Of a stretch of 64,000 nucleotides of DNA, positions 58,579 to 64,000 are shown piece after piece. The notes under the pieces were generated by a model. That model did no database searches and was not told where the DNA came from. It worked only from the letters and a program-made list of their open reading frames with translations. The stretch spans positions 115,204 through 179,203 of the forward strand of contig MEXN01000007.1 in assembly GCA_001773695.1 (NCBI GenBank), read 5' to 3'. Source of the stretch: Candidatus Amesbacteria bacterium RIFCSPLOWO2_01_FULL_48_25 (GTDB lineage Bacteria; Patescibacteriota; Microgenomatia; CAZETR01; Amesbacteraceae). The translations under genes and the position numbers were made by a program. Each line of letters starts with the position of its first letter. Within the stretch, counting starts at the first letter, position 1.

Positions 58579-59802
58579 TTAGTGCTTAGTACTTAGGTTT
58601 TTAGATTGTATATAAATAAGTGACATTAAGATAGTTAGCAGTAGGGTGTTTTGGTGCAGAGTAACCCAATAGTGATCAGCCGCTCCTGTTATTAAGATAA
58701 CCAGAAGCGGAATTTTCAATTTCCTATTTTCAATTTCGATCCATTGATCGCGCTTTGCGAGCAAATAATTTTCAATAATCCAATATCCAATCACCAAAAG
58801 CGCCGGGAGGCCGAGTTCGGAAGCTAGGAGGAGATAAATATTGTGAACCGGTTGTGAAGATAGAGAATAGGGCATAGCGAATAGGTGGTAGGGAGAGGGG
58901 ATGAAGTTGCCGAGACCGACGCCCAGTACAGGATGATTTTTGATAAGTGTGATCGATTTGCCGATAAGAAATAGGCGCTCTGATAAGGAAGAGGGGTTGC
59001 CGGGAATTAGAGTAGAAGAGAAGAAGAGGAGAAGAGTCGAAGAAATAGCAAGGCTAATTTTTAACTTTAAACTTTTAATTTTAAATAGCAGCCAGGTTAC
59101 TAAAAGAGCTGCTTCAAAGAGAATTGCGGTTCGGGAAAAGGTGAGGGGAATGGTTAGAGCTGCTAGCACAATAGCAATGCAAGCAAGACCTCTCCCTCTG
59201 GCTCCCTCTCCTGATTCAGGAGAGGGATGGGGTGAGGTTATTAAGTAAATAACGATTAACCCGCTTACTAATAAAAATCCCGCTAGGGCGTTGGGATGGG
59301 GAAGTGTGGCGTATGGGCGGAGGGTAAGACGGCCATCGATGGCGATTTTGGCTATGCCAGGGGTAGTGATATCGAAGCGGCGTTCGCCTAACCAGTAGAG
59401 GAGACCACCAAGAGAACCCTGTTTGAAAAATTGTAACCAGGCGAGAAGGGAGGTCCAGATCACGCTGGCACTCAATGACCAATTTACAATTTTCAATTTC
59501 CAATCAATTTCAAATGTTAAATATTTAAATATCCAAAAATACTCTAATACTCGGAGCCATTTGTAGAGGGCGATAAAAGGAGATTGAGATATTAGGATAT
59601 TAAGTACAACAAAAATAATTGCCCAAAAGGGAATTTTGATTCGCTGGCGTGATATAAGAACCATGGCTAGAATCAGAATGTCCGTGAAGTAGAGAGTGGG
59701 GGAGAGGTAGTCTACGCGCAAGCCATTGACTAGACTCCAGGATGGCCAGAGGTGAAGCGCGAGTTGGGAAGGAAGAAGTAAGACGAGGAGAAAGAGGATC
59801 AC
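58579..59802 (-). CDS. Polytopic membrane protein, O-antigen ligase/Wzy_C-like (tentative), heavily invaded by repeat insertions.
   Basis: ~12 TM helices plus a periplasmic loop. Contains repeat copy R4 and at least three AT-rich CAATTT-type blocks, all in frame. Confidence 0.4.
   Translation of the reverse strand: MILFLLVLLLPSQLALHLWPSWSLVNGLRVDYLSPTLYFTDILILAMVLISRQRIKIPFWAIIFVVLNILISQSPFIALYKWLRVLEYFWIFKYLTFEIDWKLKIVNWSLSASVIWTSLLAWLQFFKQGSLGGLLYWLGERRFDITTPGIAKIAIDGRLTLRPYATLPHPNALAGFLLVSGLIVIYLITSPHPSPESGEGARGRGLACIAIVLAALTIPLTFSRTAILFEAALLVTWLLFKIKSLKLKISLAISSTLLLFFSSTLIPGNPSSLSERLFLIGKSITLIKNHPVLGVGLGNFIPSPYHLFAMPYSLSSQPVHNIYLLLASELGLPALLVIGYWIIENYLLAKRDQWIEIENRKLKIPLLVILITGAADHYWVTLHQNTLLLTILMSLIYIQSKNLSTKH
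59189..59237. repeat. Copy R4 of the GC-rich inverted-repeat element (reverse orientation, 5-nt loop): CCTCTCCCTCTGGCTCCCTCTCCT-gattc-AGGAGAGGGATGGGGTGAGG.
   Basis: Exact reverse complement of both arms of R3. Confidence 0.75.
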
Positions 59803-59813
59803 TAGTGTTTATT

Positions 59814-60272
59814 TTACGCTTTAGGACTGATGACCACGGAGCGGGACCGGCCGACGCCTTGCGAGGAGGTAGTGACTTGGGGATGTTCGGCCAAATGGAG
59901 ATGGATGATTCGGCGTTCGTTGGCCGGTAGGGGGGGGAGCATGTGGGGCCGGCCCGTAGAAACGACTTGATCGACAACTGAGTCGGCCAGTGAATGAAGA
60001 GTTGTTTCCCGACGTTCTCTATAGTCGTTGACGTTTAGTGAGAGGTTGAGCCATTTGTCGGTCTTGGTATGAAGGTGTAATCCCAAAATCAACTGCAGGG
60101 CGGAAAGCATGTCTCCATGATACCCAATTAATAAGGCAGGATCTTTTGCGGAGAGGGAAATGTGATAGAGATTGTTTGTACTGTCGTACTGGACAGACAT
60201 TTCCACGCCCCCATACCCAACTTGGGTTAATAGGTCTTGAGCTATCTGACTAACTAATTCAACGTCGTCCAT
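59814..60272 (-). CDS. jag: Jag-like KH + R3H RNA-binding protein (SpoIIIJ-associated).
   Basis: KH core LLIGYHGDMLSALQLIL and R3H PPLPANERRIIHLHL; start taken at MDDVEL to avoid overlapping the yidC stop. Confidence 0.75.
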   Translation of the reverse strand: MDDVELVSQIAQDLLTQVGYGGVEMSVQYDSTNNLYHISLSAKDPALLIGYHGDMLSALQLILGLHLHTKTDKWLNLSLNVNDYRERRETTLHSLADSVVDQVVSTGRPHMLPPLPANERRIIHLHLAEHPQVTTSSQGVGRSRSVVISPKA

Positions 60273-60274
60273 GG

Positions 60275-61096
60275 CTACTTTTTTAGGGATTTTAACATTC
60301 CCAGTCTTTTGATCCAAGGAGACAGACCTCCCCAACCCAAAGCATAGTATTGCTGAACGAAGCTGACGGCGGAAAAGACCAGCCAGTAAAGTACTAAACC
60401 AGAAGAAAACTGGTAGCCGATGACCAGAGTCATGAGAGGGAACATGTACATCATTTGTTGCTGCATGGCGACGGCTGTATCGTCGGCTTCTGTGGAGGTT
60501 TTTTGAGCTAATTTTTCCTCGGCAGATATAACCGGAGCCATCATTTTGGCCGTAATAAATTGAAGAACCGCGGAGATGATAAGAAACACCCCAGGCAGAC
60601 CGATGGGAAGGCCAGGGAGATTAATAAGATCCGGCTTAGCTAGGTCCAGATAGAAAAAACTGTTGCCAAGGCTAAAATCACTGGGGATGGAGTTAAATGA
60701 ATATAAAGCCGGCGTCAGACGGGTAACCAAATCACCGTTTGATTTTAGGACCAAATTTAATGAGTTAAATAAAGCGATCAAGACCAGGATTTGGATAATT
60801 TGCGGCAGGCAACCGGAGGCTGGGTTGGCGCCGTGTTGCTTATAGAGTTCGGCCTGGGCGGTGAGCATTCCTTGTTTGTCGTCTTTGAATTTTTCTTTAA
60901 GCTTGGCGATTTCTGGGGCCAGGTCTTGCATCTTTTTACTGAGGCGAAGCCCCGGCAAAACTAGAGGGGTCATGGCAGTGCGTAAACCAACAGTGAGCAG
61001 GACTATCGACCAGCCGAGGTTTCCTGTAAGTTTATGAAGCAGGATAAGAATATTGAGTAAGGGATAAAACAAGATTAAATTCCAGAGTTCGATCAT
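60275..61096 (-). CDS. yidC: Membrane protein insertase YidC (short, Gram-positive/CPR type).
   Basis: ...LLTVGLRTAMTPLVL...ELYKQHGANPASGCLPQIIQILVLIALF... conserved YidC/Oxa1 core. Confidence 0.85.
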   Translation of the reverse strand: MIELWNLILFYPLLNILILLHKLTGNLGWSIVLLTVGLRTAMTPLVLPGLRLSKKMQDLAPEIAKLKEKFKDDKQGMLTAQAELYKQHGANPASGCLPQIIQILVLIALFNSLNLVLKSNGDLVTRLTPALYSFNSIPSDFSLGNSFFYLDLAKPDLINLPGLPIGLPGVFLIISAVLQFITAKMMAPVISAEEKLAQKTSTEADDTAVAMQQQMMYMFPLMTLVIGYQFSSGLVLYWLVFSAVSFVQQYYALGWGGLSPWIKRLGMLKSLKK

Positions 61097-61121
61097 AGTA
61101 CTTAGTTACTTGGTTTATTGT

Positions 61122-61331
61122 TCATCGCAATGGGTCAGGGCCACCAGGGGACCAGGGGTGACAACGAACAATCCTTTTGAGCCCCAACCAGACTCCGGGT
61201 AGAATACCATATTTATCTATGGCTTGATAGGTATATTCTGAACATCGGGGAGTGAAGCGGCAAGCAGAATGACTCTCAAGTAGGGGTAACTTTTGATAGA
61301 AACGAATTGAGAGCAGCACTAATTTCCTCAT
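61122..61331 (-). CDS. yidD: Membrane protein insertion efficiency factor YidD.
   Basis: [37 protein letters not shown]...[12 protein letters not shown]. Confidence 0.85.
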   Translation of the reverse strand: MRKLVLLSIRFYQKLPLLESHSACRFTPRCSEYTYQAIDKYGILPGVWLGLKRIVRCHPWSPGGPDPLR

Positions 61332-61677
61332 TGTTTAAGTTTAACATTGAGGGATGGGGGTAGATAATACAGTTGACCAGTTGACCAGTTGACCAGTTTT
61401 TCAGTTGATCGTAGATGCGGCGGCGAAGGCGGTTCCTGACCACGGCGAGTTTGTGGAGGCGGGAGGAGGTAACGATCGCGAAACGAGGAAATACCTCACC
61501 CGAACTTCGTTCACCCTTTCCTAATTTCTCCCCTTTGGCTCGTGTCTTCGCCGTAGGAGAGGGTTGGGGAGAGGTTAAATACACTGTGGCGGAGAAATGA
61601 AAAAACTTATAAGTTTTGCCCTGGGATTTCGCAATTAAAAAATCTTTGCGGGAAAGCCGCCTGGATTTTGGAAGCAT
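61276..61677 (-). CDS. rnpA: RNase P protein component, carrying two in-frame repeat insertions.
   Basis: N-terminal [13 protein letters not shown] and C-terminal ...[14 protein letters not shown]... are typical RnpA. The central segment [29 protein letters not shown] is encoded by repeat copy R5. [10 protein letters not shown] is encoded by (CAGTTGAC)3. Confidence 0.75.
   Translation of the reverse strand: MLPKSRRLSRKDFLIAKSQGKTYKFFHFSATVYLTSPQPSPTAKTRAKGEKLGKGERSSGEVFPRFAIVTSSRLHKLAVVRNRLRRRIYDQLKNWSTGQLVNCIIYPHPSMLNLNNEEISAALNSFLSKVTPT
61494..61574. repeat. Full-length copy (R5) of the GC-rich inverted-repeat element inside rnpA: CCTCACC…CACCCTTTCCT – 32-nt loop – AGGAGAGGGTTGGGGAGAGG.
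   Basis: Arms complementary; loop AATTTCTCCCCTTTGGCTCGTGTCTTCGCCGT resembles the R3 loop AAATTCTCGCTTTGCTCGTGCCGTTGGCC. Confidence 0.7.
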
Positions 61678-61686
61678 GAAGATATT

Positions 61687-61824
61687 CTACACCGTAAGGC
61701 GTTTGCGGCCGGTGAGACGGCGACGTTTGAGAAGGTTGCGGCCGGTTCTGGAGGACATGCGAGCCCGGAAGCCATGCTTGCGGGCGCGCTTTATTTTTTT
61801 AGGTTGCCAGGTTCTCTTGGTCAT
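61687..61824 (-). CDS. rpmH: Ribosomal protein L34.
   Basis: Reverse-complement translation gives [45 protein letters not shown]. Below the ORF-track size cutoff; the track shows a spurious plus-strand ORF here. Confidence 0.9.
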   Translation of the reverse strand: MTKRTWQPKKIKRARKHGFRARMSSRTGRNLLKRRRLTGRKRLTV

Positions 61825-61896
61825 ATGATCATTATATCAAATTTTTTGAAATGGCTATTGATAAATTGTTGATAACTTGTATAAATCAGGGGCGAT

Positions 61897-63258
61897 ATGG
61901 ATTTAAATCGAACCTGGGAAGGAGTGTTGGGAGGAATGAAAATGGCGGTATCTGCGCCGACCTTTAATATGTATCTGAAGCAGGCAGAGTTAGTGGACAT
62001 AAACGAAGCAGGGGAGAGAGCGATATGTACTATTGGAATCGGATCGGCAATGGTGAGGGACACACTTGATTTGCGATATAAGGGACAAATTATTCAGGAA
62101 TTGGAGAGGGTGTTGGGGAAAAAATGTGAAGTAATATTTAAGATTGAGAACAGGAGAGCGGGAGAGCGGGAGAGCGTAAGTTTAGCCCTGCCGCTGTTTG
62201 AGGAAAAAAAGAAAGATGGGGATGCGATAAGGCGGGCAAATTTGAGAGTTACCAACACATTTGAAAATTATGCGGTGGGAGGATCCAACCAAATGGCATT
62301 TGCGGCGGCTCAGGCTGTCGCCCGTAAACTAGGGGTGGCTTATAACCCATTGTTTATTTATGGCGGGGTTGGGGTGGGCAAGACCCATTTAATGCAGGCG
62401 ATTGGACATGAGGTGTTGGAGAGTGGAGAAACTCGGGTGTTATTTTGCCCTGGAGAGGAGTTTACCAACGATCTGGTTGAGGCGATCCGGTTTAAGACTA
62501 CGGATAAAGTGCGGGCAAAGTATAGAAAGGTCCGCCTGCTTCTAATTGATGACGTGCAGTTTATTGCCGGGAAGCCCACAGTCCAAGAGGAGTTTTTCCA
62601 TACCTTCAATGCCTTACAGCGAGATGGAGGGCAAGTTGTGATGACTTCGGACCGGATCCCTTCTGAAATTGCCAAGTTGGAAGCAAGACTGCGAAGCCGG
62701 TTCGGGGCGGGATTGATTGTGGATATAGGTCAGCCGGATTTTGAACTTAAAACAGCAATTCTTCTTATTAAGGCCTCGCAAAAAGAGTTGGAATTGCCAA
62801 TGAATTTGGCTCAAATGATCGCTGAAAACGTGGAGGGGGTGAGGGAGTTGGAGGGATTTTTGGCAAGATTAAAAACGGAAATTGAAACCAATAAAAAAAC
62901 TCTATCGGAGGAAATTGTGGCTAGTTTACTGCAGATTCAAAGAAGAGGGACGAGGGAGCGTAAAATCGTGACCCCGAACGAAATATTTGCCCTGGTGGGA
63001 AATTATTTCGGGGTGGGGGTGCAACAGCTAAAAGGAGATCGACGGACAAAAAACATTGTCTGGCCACGGCAAATACTCATGTTTTTACTGCGGAAAGATT
63101 TGGACTTGCCACAGGAAGAAGTGGGGAGATTAGTGGGGGGACGGGATCATAGCACGGTCATTCACGCGACAGAAAAAGTCGAGGCGGCGATGAAGCTGGA
63201 TAATAGGACAGAAGGAGTTATCAACGATTTGAGGAAGAGAATGTTGATAATTAGTTGA
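61897..63258 (+). CDS. dnaA: Chromosomal replication initiator DnaA.
   Basis: AAA+ Walker A GGVGVGKTHLMQAIG, box VII, and a C-terminal DNA-binding domain ...DHSTVIHA... Confidence 0.95.
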   Translation: MDLNRTWEGVLGGMKMAVSAPTFNMYLKQAELVDINEAGERAICTIGIGSAMVRDTLDLRYKGQIIQELERVLGKKCEVIFKIENRRAGERESVSLALPLFEEKKKDGDAIRRANLRVTNTFENYAVGGSNQMAFAAAQAVARKLGVAYNPLFIYGGVGVGKTHLMQAIGHEVLESGETRVLFCPGEEFTNDLVEAIRFKTTDKVRAKYRKVRLLLIDDVQFIAGKPTVQEEFFHTFNALQRDGGQVVMTSDRIPSEIAKLEARLRSRFGAGLIVDIGQPDFELKTAILLIKASQKELELPMNLAQMIAENVEGVRELEGFLARLKTEIETNKKTLSEEIVASLLQIQRRGTRERKIVTPNEIFALVGNYFGVGVQQLKGDRRTKNIVWPRQILMFLLRKDLDLPQEEVGRLVGGRDHSTVIHATEKVEAAMKLDNRTEGVINDLRKRMLIIS

Positions 63259-63427
63259 CAGGTTTTTTAATATTTAATAATTAATGTTCAATTTTTAATA
63301 ATAGACAAGTTATTAACAAATTGTTCACGTTTCGGTGATATATAGTGTAAACTAATATTAAACCCGAAAAGTGAATAGGAAAAAATAAAGTTATCTACTT
63401 ATCCACAAGGCCTACTACTATTACTGC
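63259..63427. promoter_or_regulatory. Candidate oriC (dnaA–dnaN spacer): AT-rich unwinding tract plus a perfect DnaA box.
   Basis: TTATCCACA at 63399-63407, overlapping a 7/9 box TTATCTACT at 63391-63399. Tract ttaatatttaataattaatgttcaatttttaataatag at ~63270-63307. Confidence 0.6.
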
Positions 63428-64000
63428 TATTTAATGTAATGAAAGTATCTATATTACAGACTGATTTGAATTTAGGACTGGCTACAGTTTCCAGAGTAGT
63501 AACAGCCAAGGGCCAGTTGCCGGTATTGGCTAATGTTTTGGTTGAAGCTGACCGTGGGGGAATATCTCTGACTGCGACTAATTTGGAGTTGGGGTTAAAA
63601 ATGCGAGTGGGAGGAAAAGTCGTTGAGGAGGGGAGTTTGACAGTGCCGGCGAGAAGTTTGGCTGAGTTTGTGACAACGTTGCCTAGTTCATCGTCAGTAG
63701 AAATGGAAGCCGACGGAGATAAATTGAAAATAAAAGCGGGAGGATTTGGGGCGAAATTTGCCGGAATCGCGGCAACGGAATTCCCAGTCTTTGCTAAAGC
63801 TCCAGGTGGGCAAGCCAATATTGCCATTGGCCAAAAAACAATTTTGGACGTGGCGAAGCAAGTGGCGTATGCAGCGGCGGTGGATGAGAGCCGGCCGGTG
63901 TTGACTGGTGTGCAGTTTAAAACTGACCCTTCGGCATCCTTCGGCCACGCTCAGGACAAGGGCTCAGGGCAAGTGTTGGTGGTGACAGCGACAGACGGAT
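63428..64000 (+). CDS. dnaN: DNA polymerase III beta sliding clamp (3'-truncated by the window end).
   Basis: MKVSILQTDLNLGLATVSRVVTAKGQLPVLANVLVEADRGGISLTATNLELG...; frame open to position 64000. Confidence 0.9.

Noticed and set aside
61616-61828. Plus-strand 70-aa ORF (MPWDFAIKK…) in the rpmH region.
   Set aside because: The opposite strand encodes a canonical 45-aa L34 ([45 protein letters not shown]), so the plus-strand ORF is spurious.
63399-63948. Minus-strand ORFs 63399-63827 and 63694-63948.
   Set aside because: They are antisense to dnaN, whose plus-strand translation (MKVSILQTDLNLGLATVSRVV…) is unmistakable.

Overview
The window looks like a compact bacterial chromosome segment of Patescibacteria/CPR type, with short, often overlapping genes and many envelope and glycosylation genes, and it contains the replication origin. 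The origin locus is rpmH–rnpA–yidD–yidC–jag on the minus strand, divergent from dnaA–dnaN. A perfect DnaA box (TTATCCACA) and an AT-rich tract lie in the dnaA–dnaN spacer.

Housekeeping genes recognised from motifs are GroES/GroEL, MetRS, ValRS, TsaE/TsaD, RNase HI, RNase HII, L25, tRNA-Cys(GCA), two UvrD-type helicases (one fused to a Cys4 RecB-like nuclease), RmuC, TatD and an M29 aminopeptidase.

There are two cell-envelope clusters. Cluster 1 (~0.5–15 kb) has a HAD-like protein, GT4, an FkbM methyltransferase frameshifted at a (CA)8 tract, a second methyltransferase, three or four GT-C-like polytopic membrane proteins, an LCP protein and two FemAB paralogs. Cluster 2 (29.5–35 kb) has a processive GT2, a GT39/83-like protein, a WecA/MraY-family transferase and a UbiA prenyltransferase, next to a PEGA-SH3b protein and an M23 peptidase.

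Other content: five NUDIX hydrolases, a VapBC-like PIN/RHH pair, a two-component operon with a STAS-like protein, a YdeN hydrolase and a P-loop kinase, an AAA+ (DUF4143-like) ATPase with two small unknown partners, VanW, and an orphan solute-binding protein.

The most unusual signal is a set of short repeat families inserted in frame into unrelated genes, including essential ones such as rnpA, tsaD and pcrA:
- a ~50–80 bp GC-rich nested inverted-repeat (MITE-like) element with arms CCTCACCCC…CCCTCTCCT / AGGAGAGGG…GGGGTGAGG, present in 5 copies (2 intergenic providing Shine-Dalgarno sequences, 3 intragenic encoding SP-PSP…GEGWGEV peptides);
- AT-rich CAATTT/AAATTT blocks;
- AGAGATTAAG tandem repeats (encoding EIKRLS) in three unrelated genes, plus one partial copy in tsaD;
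- CAGTTGAYCAGTT 8-mer repeats.

No CRISPR array, rRNA or intact transposase was seen.
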